A DNA stretch of 64,000 nt, from assembly GCA_046260625.1 (NCBI GenBank), contig JBHEOV010000001.1, forward strand, positions 3,005 to 67,004. The letters are read 5' to 3'. This document shows positions 1 to 9,761 of this stretch, one piece after another. Each line of letters starts with the position of its first letter. The first letter of the stretch is position 1. The translations under genes were made by a program, and so were the position numbers. The DNA comes from Halanaerobium sp. Lineage in GTDB: Bacteria > Bacillota > Halanaerobiia > Halanaerobiales > Halanaerobiaceae. The notes beneath the pieces were generated by a model, which saw only the letters and a list, made by a program, of their open reading frames with translations, did no database searches and was not told the origin of the DNA.

Positions 1-140
1 CAATGCTCCTAACCACTGAATGCCTGGTTGCTGATAACAGTGATGATGATGATGACGGCAACGGTGGCGGAATGCCCGGAGGTATGCCCGGAGGAATGGG
101 CGGCATGGGCGGAATGGGTGGAATGGGCGGTATGATGTAA
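1..140 (+). CDS. groL: Chaperonin GroEL, C-terminal fragment (gene starts before the window)
   Basis: Frame 3 reads [45 protein letters not shown], the LTTE motif plus the GGM-repeat tail typical of GroEL. Confidence 0.95.
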   Translation, partial: MLLTTECLVADNSDDDDDGNGGGMPGGMPGGMGGMGGMGGMGGMM

Positions 141-177
141 GCCCGCTAACCACTCAGTAATTTAAGTTTTAAATCTA

Positions 178-218
178 AGGATGCATTCTCTCAATTACAG
201 AGGATGCATCTTTTTTTA
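178..218 (+). terminator. Intrinsic terminator of groESL
   Basis: Stem GATGCATTCTCT/AGAGGATGCATC followed by T7. Confidence 0.85.
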
Positions 219-248
219 TTATCTGATGCAAATTTTTCTGCTTTTAAA

Positions 249-277
249 AAAGGATTTTTTTAATGAATAGCGAATTA
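249..277 (+). promoter_or_regulatory. SigH-like promoter upstream of PDRP-ppdK
   Basis: AAAGGATTT...AGCGAATT, i.e. AGGA-N17-GAAT, matching the Firmicute sigma-H consensus. Confidence 0.55.
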
Positions 278-537
278 ATATTATAAGAGAAAACTATTTA
301 GCAATGAAAGTTTAAATTAAAGATTTATTTTAATAATGAATCCAGCAGTTAGATATTCCTCAGATAAAATAATATTATTTTTAAGAGATCAAGCAAAATA
401 CTTTATTTTAAATTTTCATAATTTTTTGCGAAAAATAAAGACTTATTTTTCAAAAAATAGAAATAAAATACAGGCGGTGATAGATAAAAATATAGAAATA
501 ATAATTCTAAAAAAAGCTCTGTAGGATAGGTGATTAT

Positions 538-1347
538 ATGATAAAAGATTTCCAGGTTTATGTATTATCAGACTCTGTAGGAGAAACTGCAGAACAGGTA
601 GCTCGTGCTTCTGCAGAACAGTATAAGAATACGGACTATGAAATTAAAAAATATCCTTATGTTGAAAGTAAAACTAAAGTTGATAATATTATGGAAGGAG
701 TTAATTCCGAAAATTCAATTTTTGTTTATACCATTGTTAATGAGGAAATAGCAAAATATCTTGGAAAAAAATGTGAAGAAAAAGGAGTTCCCTATATTGA
801 TGTGATGGCTTCCAGTTTGGATATCTTCAGTCAATTTTTAGAAAGGGAGCCGATTCGGGAATCAGGAGTTATTCGCAAACTTGATGAAGATTATTTTAAA
901 AGAGTAGAGGCGGTAGAATTTGCAGTAAAATATGATGATGGTAAGGATCCACGTGGAATCTTAAAGGCAGATATTGTTTTAATAGGAGTTTCTCGTTCAT
1001 CAAAAACTCCCTTAAGTATGTATCTGGCCCATAAAAATTACAAAGTAGTAAATATTCCGCTGGTTAAAGGTTCTAAAGTGCCTGATGAACTATTTGAAGT
1101 TCCACGCAGAAAAATAATTGGACTGATGATTGACCCGGGTGATTTAATAGAAATTAGACGAGAAAGAATCAGGGTTTTAGGACTTGACAGCAGTGTTGAT
1201 TATGTATCAATAGAAAAAATATACGAAGAGCTGGAATATGCTGAAAAAATAATGAGAAAAGTCGGCTGCCCGGTAATAGATATGACTAAAAAAGCTGTTG
1301 AAGAAGCAGCAAATTTAGTAATTGATATCGTAAATGATCTTAATTAA
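538..1347 (+). CDS. Pyruvate,phosphate dikinase regulatory protein (kinase/pyrophosphorylase, DUF299/YqfL)
   Basis: SDSVGETA, DDGKDPRG and GVSRSSKTP motifs; directly upstream of ppdK. Confidence 0.93.
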   Translation: MIKDFQVYVLSDSVGETAEQVARASAEQYKNTDYEIKKYPYVESKTKVDNIMEGVNSENSIFVYTIVNEEIAKYLGKKCEEKGVPYIDVMASSLDIFSQFLEREPIRESGVIRKLDEDYFKRVEAVEFAVKYDDGKDPRGILKADIVLIGVSRSSKTPLSMYLAHKNYKVVNIPLVKGSKVPDELFEVPRRKIIGLMIDPGDLIEIRRERIRVLGLDSSVDYVSIEKIYEELEYAEKIMRKVGCPVIDMTKKAVEEAANLVIDIVNDLN

Positions 1348-1361
1348 TAAAAGGAGGGGTT

Positions 1362-3986
1362 TTGTTGAAGAAATATGTATATGCCTTTGCAGAAGGTAAA
1401 AAAGAAATGAAGTCACTATTGGGTGGTAAAGGTGCTAATCTTGCTGAAATGAGTAAAATTGGACTGCCGGTACCTCCAGGATTTACAATCACTACAGAAG
1501 CCTGTATTCACTATCTTGAAATTGGTGAAAAATTAGAAGATAGCTTAAAAGAAAGCATTTTCGAATATTTAGAAGACTTAGAAAAGAAAATAGGCAAAGA
1601 TTTTGGTGATGTAAATGATCCTCTCTTAGTTTCTGTTAGATCTGGTGCAGTAATTTCGATGCCTGGTATGATGGATACAATTTTAAATTTAGGTTTAAAT
1701 GATAAGAGTGTAGAGGGGCTTGCTAAAAAGACCTCTAATCCTCGTTTTGCCTATGATAGTTACAGACGTTTGATTCAGATGTTTGGTAATGTTGTATTAG
1801 GAATACCTGCTTATGAATTTGATAATTATCTGGAAAGAAAGAAAGAGAAAAAAGCTTATGATAATGATACTGATCTAACTGTTGAAGATCTTAAAGATAT
1901 CATTAAAGATTTTAAAGCTTTAATTAAAAACAGAAAAGACATAGAATTTCCACAAAAACCAGAAGAACAACTATTGATGGCTGTTAAAGCTGTATTTAGT
2001 TCCTGGAGTAACAATCGAGCTATTTCTTACAGAAATCACAATGATATACCTCATGATTTAGGTACTGCAGTAAATGTACAAACTATGGTTTTTGGTAACA
2101 TAGGTGAAAACTCAGGTACAGGTGTTGCCTTTACTCGTAACCCTGCAACTGGAGAGAATAAAGTTTTTGGAGAATTCCTGCTTAATGCTCAGGGAGAAGA
2201 TGTTGTTGCTGGTATTAGAACTCCAAAAGATATCAGTGAATTAAATAATTTAATGCCTGATGTTTATGATGAGTTTATTGAAGTAACAGAAACTTTAGAA
2301 CAGCACTATCATGATATGCAGGATATTGAGTTTACCATTCAGGAGGGCGACCTCTTCTTACTGCAGACCAGAACTGGTAAAAGAACTGCAGATGCAGCTG
2401 TAAATATTGCAGTTGATATGGAAGAAGAAGGCCTAATTGATAAAGAAACTGCAGTAATGAGAATAGATCCTGAAGATATTAGTCAGTTATTACATCCAAA
2501 CTTTAAAGAAGAAGAATTAGAAAAGGCTGATTTACTGGCTAAGGGTCTGGCAGCTTCTCCTGGTGCAGCTACTGGTAAAGTTTACTTCAATTCAGAAGAC
2601 GCCGCTGAAGCAGCCGCTGATGGTGAAGATGTAATTCTCGTTCGTAAAGAAACTTCACCTGAAGATATTGAAGGTATGGTTAAGTCCAATGGTATTTTAA
2701 CCTCTCGTGGAGGTATGACTTCACACGCTGCAGTTGTAGCTCGTGGTATGGGTAAATGCTGTGTTGCAGGTGCCGGAGATATCCAGGTTGATGAGAGCTC
2801 CCGCCAGTTCTTTGTTGATGACCGAGTATTTAATGAAGGAGATTATATCTCATTAAACGGTAGTACAGGTGAAGTTTATGCAGGAATTGTTGAAACTACA
2901 GAAGCCCATTTAACAGAAAACTTTAGAATGCTGATGGACTGGTCAGACGAATATCGCAAAATGGGAGTTTATACTAATGCTGATACACCCCGTGATGCAG
3001 AAGTAGCAATTGATTTCGGTGCTGAAGGAATTGGTCTCTGCCGTACAGAGCATATGTTTTTTGATAGTGAAAGAATAATTTCTGTTCGGGAAATGATAGT
3101 TGCTGACAGCAAGAAAAAACGTAAAAAAGCCTTAGATAAATTATTCCCTTATCAGAAAGATGATTTTAAAGGTATCTTTAAAGTCATGCAGGATAAAACT
3201 GTAACAATACGATTATTAGATCCACCATTACACGAGTTCCTGCCTCAAAATGATAGAGATATTAAGAATCTGGCTGATCAGCTGAATGTTCCTACTGAGG
3301 AATTAAAAAGAATTATTAGTGAATTAGAAGAAATGAATCCAATGCTTGGACATCGCGGCTGTCGATTGGGTATTACCTACCCTGAAATTTATAAGATGCA
3401 GGTCAAGGCAATTATTTCTGCAGCTTTAGAAGTTAAAGAGGAAGAAGGTTATGATGTTAAGGCTGATATCATGATTCCTCTTGTTGGTACTGCTAAAGAA
3501 TTAGAAATATTAAGAGAGGATGCTCTGGAAGTTGCAGAAGAACTTTTAGAAAACTCTGATACAAAAATTGAATATAGTGTAGGTACTATGATTGAGATTC
3601 CAAGAGCAGCTTTAACTGCAGATAAAGTTGCAGCTCATGCTGATTTCTTCTCCTTTGGTACAAATGATCTGACTCAGATGACTTATGGTTTTTCACGTGA
3701 TGATGCCGGTAAGTTTATCAGCCAGTATTTAGATCAGGAAATATTTGCTAAAGATCCTTTCCAGGTCTTAGACCAGGAGGGTGTAGGTCAGTTAGTTGAA
3801 ACAGCCGTGGAGCTTGGACGTAAAGCTAAACCTGATCTTAAATTAGGTATTTGTGGTGAACATGGTGGAGAACCTTCTTCTATAGAATTCTGCCACAGAA
3901 CAGGACTCGATTATGTATCCTGCTCACCTTATAGAGTTCCGATTGCTCGTCTGGCTGCAGCTCAGGCAGCACTAAAAAATGATTAA
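1362..3986 (+). CDS. ppdK: Pyruvate, phosphate dikinase
   Basis: GGKGANL, SMPGMMDT, GGMTSHAA phospho-His motif, GLCRTEHM, GICGEHGG; 874 aa; TTG start with AGGAGG. Confidence 0.98.
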   Translation: MLKKYVYAFAEGKKEMKSLLGGKGANLAEMSKIGLPVPPGFTITTEACIHYLEIGEKLEDSLKESIFEYLEDLEKKIGKDFGDVNDPLLVSVRSGAVISMPGMMDTILNLGLNDKSVEGLAKKTSNPRFAYDSYRRLIQMFGNVVLGIPAYEFDNYLERKKEKKAYDNDTDLTVEDLKDIIKDFKALIKNRKDIEFPQKPEEQLLMAVKAVFSSWSNNRAISYRNHNDIPHDLGTAVNVQTMVFGNIGENSGTGVAFTRNPATGENKVFGEFLLNAQGEDVVAGIRTPKDISELNNLMPDVYDEFIEVTETLEQHYHDMQDIEFTIQEGDLFLLQTRTGKRTADAAVNIAVDMEEEGLIDKETAVMRIDPEDISQLLHPNFKEEELEKADLLAKGLAASPGAATGKVYFNSEDAAEAAADGEDVILVRKETSPEDIEGMVKSNGILTSRGGMTSHAAVVARGMGKCCVAGAGDIQVDESSRQFFVDDRVFNEGDYISLNGSTGEVYAGIVETTEAHLTENFRMLMDWSDEYRKMGVYTNADTPRDAEVAIDFGAEGIGLCRTEHMFFDSERIISVREMIVADSKKKRKKALDKLFPYQKDDFKGIFKVMQDKTVTIRLLDPPLHEFLPQNDRDIKNLADQLNVPTEELKRIISELEEMNPMLGHRGCRLGITYPEIYKMQVKAIISAALEVKEEEGYDVKADIMIPLVGTAKELEILREDALEVAEELLENSDTKIEYSVGTMIEIPRAALTADKVAAHADFFSFGTNDLTQMTYGFSRDDAGKFISQYLDQEIFAKDPFQVLDQEGVGQLVETAVELGRKAKPDLKLGICGEHGGEPSSIEFCHRTGLDYVSCSPYRVPIARLAAAQAALKND

Positions 3987-4036
3987 GAGTCAAAGACAAA
4001 TATTTGTTTTGATCTTTGAATATTAAATTTAAAATT

Positions 4037-4080
4037 AACTCCCTTCTATAGATTTACTAATAGGAGGGAGTTCTATTATT
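4037..4080 (+). terminator. Probable terminator after ppdK
   Basis: Stem AACTCCCTTCTA/TAGGAGGGAGTT followed by a T-rich run. Confidence 0.7.
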
Positions 4081-4115
4081 TAACTTAAAAAATATTTCAG
4101 ATTGGGGCTGAGTCC

Positions 4116-4145
4116 TTGACAAAGATAGCAAATCCACTGTATACT
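4116..4145 (+). promoter_or_regulatory. Sigma-A promoter of guaA-hisR
   Basis: TTGACA-N18-TATACT. Confidence 0.7.
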
Positions 4146-4161
4146 TTAGTAAATAAAAGTG
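4142..4161. promoter_or_regulatory. Candidate HisR (YerC) operator overlapping the guaA -10
   Basis: TACTTTAGTAAATAAAAGTG versus the recalled consensus YACTTTANYNNRNTAAAGTR (1 mismatch). Confidence 0.55.
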
Positions 4162-4174
4162 GAAGGGGAATTAG

Positions 4175-5713
4175 ATGGATTACGATAAAATACTTATTCT
4201 TGATTTCGGTGGCCAGTACAGTCAGCTGATAGCAAGAAGAGTAAGAGAATTTAATGTTTATTCTGTAATTAGAGGACATAATATTGAGCTGGAAGAAATC
4301 AAAAAAATTGATCCAGCTGCTATAATTTTTTCAGGAGGGCCGGATAGTGTAACAACTGCTGGAGCTCCAGGTGTTGACCGGGGAGTATTTGAACTGGGGA
4401 TTCCTATTTTAGGTATCTGTTATGGAATGCAGTTAATGGCCCAACTATTAGAAGGAGGCCATGTAGAAAAAGCAGAACATGGTGAATATGGTAAGGCAAA
4501 TTTAGAAATTTTTACTCAAAAGAAGTTATTTAAAGAAATAGATAATCATTCACAGGCCTGGATGAGTCATGGAGATCATGTAAAAAAAGTACCTAAAGGA
4601 TTTGAAGTTATTGCTAAAACTGACTTAACTCAAGCAGCTGCTATGGCTGATTTCGAAAGAGATTTTTATGGAGTTCAGTTTCATCCAGAGGTTAATCATA
4701 CTATTCAGGGAAAAACAATTCTGCATAACTTTTTATTTAGAATTGTAGATGTTAAAGCCAACTGGAACATGGCAGATTATATTAACGAAGAAGTAGAAAA
4801 AATTAGAAAACAGGTTGGACAGGGTAAGGTAATTTGCGGTCTTTCTGGAGGCGTAGACTCTGCAGTTGCTTCAGCTATTGTACATAAGGCAATTGGAGAT
4901 CAGCTGACCTGTATTTTTGTAGATCACGGTCTGCTGCGTAAGGGTGAGGCAGAGCAGGTTAAGAGAACTTTTGGTGAAGAATTCAATATTCCTTTAATTG
5001 CTGTAGATGCTAAAAAAAGATTTTTAGATAGATTAGAAGGAGTTACTGATCCGGAAGCAAAAAGAAAAATTATTGGAGATGAATTTATTCAGGTTTTTGA
5101 TGAAGAAGCTGAAAAAATATCAGATGTTCGTTACTTAGTTCAGGGAACTATTTATTCTGATGTTATAGAAAGTGGTGGCACAGATAAGGCTGCAACAATT
5201 AAAAGCCATCATAATGTAGGTGGACTGCCGGAAGAAATGAATCTAGAGCTTGTAGAACCACTGCATTTTTTATTTAAGGATGAGGTTAGAAAAATAGGTG
5301 AGGTTCTTGGTTTACCAGAGGAAATTGTCTGGAGACAGCCTTTCCCTGGTCCGGGACTTGCTATTAGAATTATTGGTGATGTTGACTGGGATAAATTAAA
5401 AATCTTAAGAGATGCAGATGCCATTGTCCAGGAAGAAATAAAAGAAGCAGGACTTTATCGTGATATCTGGCAGTCTTTTGCTGTTTTACCTGACTTAAGA
5501 AGTGTAGGAGTTATGGGAGATGAAAGAACCTATGGTTATCCAATTATTTTAAGAGCTGTAAATAGTGATGATGCGATGACAGCAGATTGGGCTCGTCTTC
5601 CATATGAGGTTATGCAGTCTATTTCTAATAAAATAGTTAATCAGGTGAAAGAAGTAAATAGAGTCGTTTATGATATTACATCAAAACCACCTGGAACAAT
5701 AGAATGGGAGTAA
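4175..5713 (+). CDS. guaA: GMP synthase (glutamine-hydrolysing)
   Basis: LDFGGQY, GICYGMQ, QFHPEV, SGGVDS, C-terminal KPPGTIEWE. Confidence 0.98.
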   Translation: MDYDKILILDFGGQYSQLIARRVREFNVYSVIRGHNIELEEIKKIDPAAIIFSGGPDSVTTAGAPGVDRGVFELGIPILGICYGMQLMAQLLEGGHVEKAEHGEYGKANLEIFTQKKLFKEIDNHSQAWMSHGDHVKKVPKGFEVIAKTDLTQAAAMADFERDFYGVQFHPEVNHTIQGKTILHNFLFRIVDVKANWNMADYINEEVEKIRKQVGQGKVICGLSGGVDSAVASAIVHKAIGDQLTCIFVDHGLLRKGEAEQVKRTFGEEFNIPLIAVDAKKRFLDRLEGVTDPEAKRKIIGDEFIQVFDEEAEKISDVRYLVQGTIYSDVIESGGTDKAATIKSHHNVGGLPEEMNLELVEPLHFLFKDEVRKIGEVLGLPEEIVWRQPFPGPGLAIRIIGDVDWDKLKILRDADAIVQEEIKEAGLYRDIWQSFAVLPDLRSVGVMGDERTYGYPIILRAVNSDDAMTADWARLPYEVMQSISNKIVNQVKEVNRVVYDITSKPPGTIEWE

Positions 5714-5736
5714 TATCCAGAAAAGAGGTGTAAACT

Positions 5737-6036
5737 TTGTCCCGAAATATAAAGGATAAATTTACTGAACAGCTATTTGAAGCAATTTTAACACTTGAAA
5801 GTAAAGAAGAATGTTATAATTTTTTTCAGGATATAGCTACTATGGGTGAGATTAAGGCCTTAGGACAGAGACTGGAAGTAGCCAGAATGCTTAAGGAGGG
5901 CTTTACATACGATCATATTGTAGCTGAAACTGGTGTCAGCACTGCAACTATCAGTCGGGTTAAACGCTCCTTAGAATATGGTGAAGATGGATATAATTTA
6001 ATCTTAGCAAGACTTAATCAAAATCAGGATGAATAG
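5737..6036 (+). CDS. TrpR-like YerC/YecD family regulator (probable HisR)
   Basis: LFEAILTLESKEECYNFFQD...QRLEVARML...STATISRV...YGEDGY signature. Confidence 0.9.
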   Translation: MSRNIKDKFTEQLFEAILTLESKEECYNFFQDIATMGEIKALGQRLEVARMLKEGFTYDHIVAETGVSTATISRVKRSLEYGEDGYNLILARLNQNQDE

Positions 6037-6063
6037 ATTAAATTTAAGTGAAATATTCAAAGT

Positions 6064-6092
6064 TTGATATTTTACTGATAATGTGCTATTCT
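6064..6092 (+). promoter_or_regulatory. Sigma-A promoter of the osmoprotectant ABC operon
   Basis: TTGATA-N17-TATTCT with extended TG. Confidence 0.65.
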
Positions 6093-6138
6093 AATCTTGA
6101 AGGAAATTAGGTTTATAAAATATAATAGTTTACAGATC

Positions 6139-6176
6139 AAAAAGTGTCTACTTATTTAAGTAGCACTTTTTTCTTT
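6139..6176 (+). terminator. Terminator-like hairpin immediately before the RBS of the ABC ATPase
   Basis: AAAAAGTG(T)CTACTTA/TAAGTAGCACTTTTT followed by a T-rich tail. Confidence 0.7.
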
Positions 6177-6192
6177 GTAAGGGGGGATTTAA

Positions 6193-7308
6193 TTGATTAA
6201 ATTAGAAAATTTATCAAAAACATATTCTACAGATGAAGATGAGGCAGTCTCTAACTTGAACTTAGAAGTTGAAGAAGGAGAAGTCTGCGTTTTTGTAGGT
6301 CCTTCTGGCTGTGGTAAGACAACCACTCTAAAGATGATTAATAGATTAATTGAACCATCTTCCGGGAAAATTTATATTAATCAAAAAGATGCTATTTCTT
6401 TAAAAAAGAGTGAATTGCGCCGGGAGATTGGTTATGTAATTCAGGAAATTGGCCTTTTTCCCCATTTAACAGTTAAAGAAAATGTTGCCACTGTGCCAAA
6501 ATTATTAAAATGGGAACAGGAAAAAATTGATAAAAGGGTGAAAGAATTAATAGAAGTTATTGGCTTAGATCCTGAAAACCATCTGCATAAATATCCACAT
6601 GAACTTTCTGGCGGCCAGCAGCAGCGGGTAGGAGTAGCGAGAGCAATGGCTGCAGATCCACCAATTATGCTGATGGATGAACCATTTGGAGCTGTTGATC
6701 CAATTACTAGAGCCGATCTCCAGAATGAATTTCTGCGTTTGCAGAAACAGATTAATAAGACTATCTGTTTTGTTACTCATGATATTGATGAAGCGATCAA
6801 GATGGGCGATAAAATTGCAATTATGAATCAGGGAAAATTAGTTCAATATGATACTCCAAAAAACATTTTATTTAATCCTAAAAATGAATTTGTCGAAGAT
6901 TTTATCGGTTCTGATAGAGGACTAAAGGTTTTAAACCTCTTAAAGGCCAAAAAAGTAATGAAAAAAGAATTTTATAAAGCAGATAGATCTGAAAGTTATG
7001 AGCAGGTAATGAATAAATTAGAAGAATCAAAACAGAAGTATATTCTTGTAACTGCTGATAAAAGAAAATTAATGGGTTATGTTAATTTAAAAAGGCTTAG
7101 GGAGCACGAAGAAGCCAACTGGCAAAAACATATAAAGATGACACCGGTAATAGAAGAAGATGCTTCTTTAAAAGATGTCTTAAATAAAATGATAGAAAAT
7201 GATGTAACTTTAATTCCTGTAGTTGACAGTGAAAATAACCTGCAGGCAACAATAACAATGGAGATTATTCAAAATTATATTAGTGATGAATATAATCAGG
7301 AAGATTAA
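6193..7308 (+). CDS. Osmoprotectant (glycine betaine/choline/carnitine) ABC transporter ATPase with CBS domains, OpuCA/OsmV-like
   Basis: GPSGCGKT, LSGGQQQR, MDEPFGAVD, C-terminal CBS pair. Confidence 0.92.
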   Translation: MIKLENLSKTYSTDEDEAVSNLNLEVEEGEVCVFVGPSGCGKTTTLKMINRLIEPSSGKIYINQKDAISLKKSELRREIGYVIQEIGLFPHLTVKENVATVPKLLKWEQEKIDKRVKELIEVIGLDPENHLHKYPHELSGGQQQRVGVARAMAADPPIMLMDEPFGAVDPITRADLQNEFLRLQKQINKTICFVTHDIDEAIKMGDKIAIMNQGKLVQYDTPKNILFNPKNEFVEDFIGSDRGLKVLNLLKAKKVMKKEFYKADRSESYEQVMNKLEESKQKYILVTADKRKLMGYVNLKRLREHEEANWQKHIKMTPVIEEDASLKDVLNKMIENDVTLIPVVDSENNLQATITMEIIQNYISDEYNQED

Positions 7309-7320
7309 AGGGGGATTAAG

Positions 7321-7986
7321 ATGGCTGTAATTGAATATTTTCTTGAAAATACGGATAAAATTTTAGAATATACATTAGCACATCTTCATTTGATTTCAAT
7401 TTCAATTACACTTTCCTTAATTCTCTGGGTAAGTGTAGGAATTATCATTAGAAATAGGGAAAAAACAGCAAAATCTTTACTGGGTTTTGGCAGCCTTATT
7501 ATGTCAGTCCCCAGTGTCTCTCTCTACGGTATTTTAATGACAGTGCCCGCTTTTGGTCTCAATATGAGAAGTGCAGTCTTTGCCCTGATTTTATATTCAA
7601 TGATTCCAATTGTGAGAAATGTTTATACCTCTTTAAATGAAGTTGATCCAGCTATTTTGGAATCAGCTAGAGGAATGGGCATGACAGAAAAACAGATTCT
7701 GTGGAAAGTACAGCTGCCAATGGCAATGCCGGTTATTATAGCAGGAATAAGAGTTGCGCTTGTGATGATGGTTGGGATTGCAACTTTAGCTGTTTTTATT
7801 GGTGAGCGTAATTTAGGACAGCTCATTTATCAGGGAATTGTCAGAACCAAGACAGAAATGATAGTTAGTGGTGCTGTTTTAATTTCATTAATTTCAATTA
7901 CTGTTGATATTATGATGGAGATTTTAAAAAGATTTTTAGTCTCACCTGGTTTATTAAAAGCAAATTCAGCCAGGGAGGGAAAATAA
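7321..7986 (+). CDS. Osmoprotectant ABC permease 1
   Basis: Hydrophobic; EAA-type loop ESARGMGMT; OpuCB/YehW-like. Confidence 0.9.
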   Translation: MAVIEYFLENTDKILEYTLAHLHLISISITLSLILWVSVGIIIRNREKTAKSLLGFGSLIMSVPSVSLYGILMTVPAFGLNMRSAVFALILYSMIPIVRNVYTSLNEVDPAILESARGMGMTEKQILWKVQLPMAMPVIIAGIRVALVMMVGIATLAVFIGERNLGQLIYQGIVRTKTEMIVSGAVLISLISITVDIMMEILKRFLVSPGLLKANSAREGK

Positions 7987-8613
7987 ATGTGGAATGAGAT
8001 ATGGCAAATTTTCTTAAATGAAGGTATTTCTTTAATGATTGAGCATTTACAGTTAGTTGGAATTGCAGTTTCAGCAGCTATTATAATTGCACTTCCTTCG
8101 GGTATTCTGCTCAGCCGAGATATCATGAGAAATTATACAGGCAAGATAATTTCAGTCTTTAATGTTGCTCAGGGTTTACCGAGTCTGGCTATTATTGCTC
8201 TTTTTCTACCGTTATTGGGTATCGGTTTTTTTCCTGCGGTGACAGCACTGACTATTTATGCACTACTGCCAATTGTGCGGAATACTATAGCCGGAATAAA
8301 TAATGTAGAAGACGAAATAATAGAGGCTGCTCGGGGTATGGGAATGACTCCTTTCCAGGTTTTATATAAGGTTGAGCTTCCACTTGCACTGCCAATAATT
8401 ATTGCCGGTATTCAGACTGCAGCAGTTGTAACTGTAGGTACGGCTGTGATTTCTAATTTAATAGGTGCCGGTGGCTTAGGGCAATTGATATTTACAGGCC
8501 TTGTCAGATTTGATACTCGGAAAATTTTACTGGGATCTATTTTATCTGCGGTAATTGCAATAATAATTGATCGTTTATTTGATCTGATAGAGAAAATGCT
8601 GCAGAATAATTAA
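7987..8613 (+). CDS. Osmoprotectant ABC permease 2
   Basis: EAARGMGMT, IGAGGLG. Confidence 0.9.
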   Translation: MWNEIWQIFLNEGISLMIEHLQLVGIAVSAAIIIALPSGILLSRDIMRNYTGKIISVFNVAQGLPSLAIIALFLPLLGIGFFPAVTALTIYALLPIVRNTIAGINNVEDEIIEAARGMGMTPFQVLYKVELPLALPIIIAGIQTAAVVTVGTAVISNLIGAGGLGQLIFTGLVRFDTRKILLGSILSAVIAIIIDRLFDLIEKMLQNN

Positions 8614-8667
8614 TTAAAAATATTATAATTTAGATAAACTGAATTAAAAATTAGAAAGGGTGAAAAT

Positions 8668-9657
8668 ATGTTAAAAAAGAAAAGGTTTATTTTACCTTTA
8701 TTAATTATTTCATTAAGCTTTGCTTTAGTCTTAACTGGCTGTGGACAGGATGGAGCTCAGGATGGAGCTCAGGATGCAGAAACAGCTTCTGAAACAGAAA
8801 CTACAGAAGCAGCAGGTATTAGCCTGGCCACTACTATTGATTTTTTTGAGAGAGATGATGGTCTTAGTGGTTTAGAAGAGGCTTATGGTTTTGAATTTAA
8901 TGATGATAATGTAAATACAATGCAGACCGGACTTGGATATGAAGCTTTAGATTCAAATAAGGTTGATGTAGCAATTGGTTTTGCTACAGATGGAAGAATT
9001 GCTTCTATGAATCTCAGGATTTTAGAAGATGACGAGGGCTTTTTTCCAGTCTATAATCCGGCTCCAACTATTAGACAGGAAATTTTAGATAGTTATCCAG
9101 AGCTTGAAAGTTTAATCAATGAGCTGCCACCTCTACTCGGTCAAGAAACCCAGATTGATTTAAATAAAAGAGTGGCTGTGGAAGAAGAAGAACCAACAAA
9201 AGTTGCCGAAGATTTTCTAAAAGAAAATGATCTTTTAGCTGAAAATGCTGAAGAAAAAGAGGGTCCTACAATTAAAGTTGCCTCCAAACCATGGACAGAA
9301 CAGCTTATTTTAGGACATATGACTATAATGCTGCTTGAAAGTCATGGTTATCCAGTAGAAGATAGAACCAGTCTTGGTGAGACAGCAGTTTTAAGGCCTG
9401 CTATTGAATCAGGAGAAATTGATATGTACTGGGAATACACAGGAACTACCTTAATGACAACTATGGGTTATGAAGAAGAAATTATTGAATCTGAAGAAGC
9501 CTATCAGACTGTAAAAGAATGGGATCAAGAAAATAATAATATTAGCTGGCTTGATTATGCAGAAGCCAATAATACTTTTTGTCTCTTGATGAAAGAAGAT
9601 AAAGCAGAAGAAATGGGTATTGAAAAGATAAGTGATTTAGAGGAACAGATTAAATAA
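8668..9657 (+). CDS. Osmoprotectant ABC substrate-binding lipoprotein (OpuCC/OsmF family, halves in swapped order)
   Basis: Lipobox LTGC; motifs RDDG, TDGRI, LEDD..FFP.Y, SKPWTEQ, YWEYTGT, NNTF. Confidence 0.9.
   Translation: MLKKKRFILPLLIISLSFALVLTGCGQDGAQDGAQDAETASETETTEAAGISLATTIDFFERDDGLSGLEEAYGFEFNDDNVNTMQTGLGYEALDSNKVDVAIGFATDGRIASMNLRILEDDEGFFPVYNPAPTIRQEILDSYPELESLINELPPLLGQETQIDLNKRVAVEEEEPTKVAEDFLKENDLLAENAEEKEGPTIKVASKPWTEQLILGHMTIMLLESHGYPVEDRTSLGETAVLRPAIESGEIDMYWEYTGTTLMTTMGYEEEIIESEEAYQTVKEWDQENNNISWLDYAEANNTFCLLMKEDKAEEMGIEKISDLEEQIK
8746..8776 (+). repeat. 12-bp tandem repeat (CAGGATGGAGCT x about 2.5) encoding a QDGA linker
   Basis: caggatggagct caggatggagct caggatg. Confidence 0.85.
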
Positions 9658-9686
9658 TTCATTAATAAATAATATTTGTATCCAGT

Positions 9687-9716
9687 AAACCGGTCCTCAG
9701 GACCGGTTTTTATTTT
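9687..9716 (+). terminator. Intrinsic terminator
   Basis: AAACCGGTCC-TCA-GGACCGGTTT followed by T-rich tail. Confidence 0.9.
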
Positions 9717-9733
9717 GGAAAAAAAAATTAAAA

Positions 9734-9761
9734 GCAGGAATTTCTACTTTGGTCTAGAAAC
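9734..9761 (+). promoter_or_regulatory. SigH-like promoter
   Basis: GCAGGAATTT...CTAGAAAC, i.e. AGGA-N17-GAAA. Confidence 0.45.

Noticed and set aside
60-137. GGM-coding repeats as a repeat element
   Set aside because: Normal GroEL C-terminal tail
336-524. 62-aa ORF upstream of PDRP
   Set aside because: Extremely AT-rich, K/I/N/F-biased translation, no SD; looks like a chance ORF in the promoter region
4000-4175. Purine riboswitch upstream of guaA
   Set aside because: The promoter is about 30 nt from the start codon, leaving no room, and no aptamer core is visible
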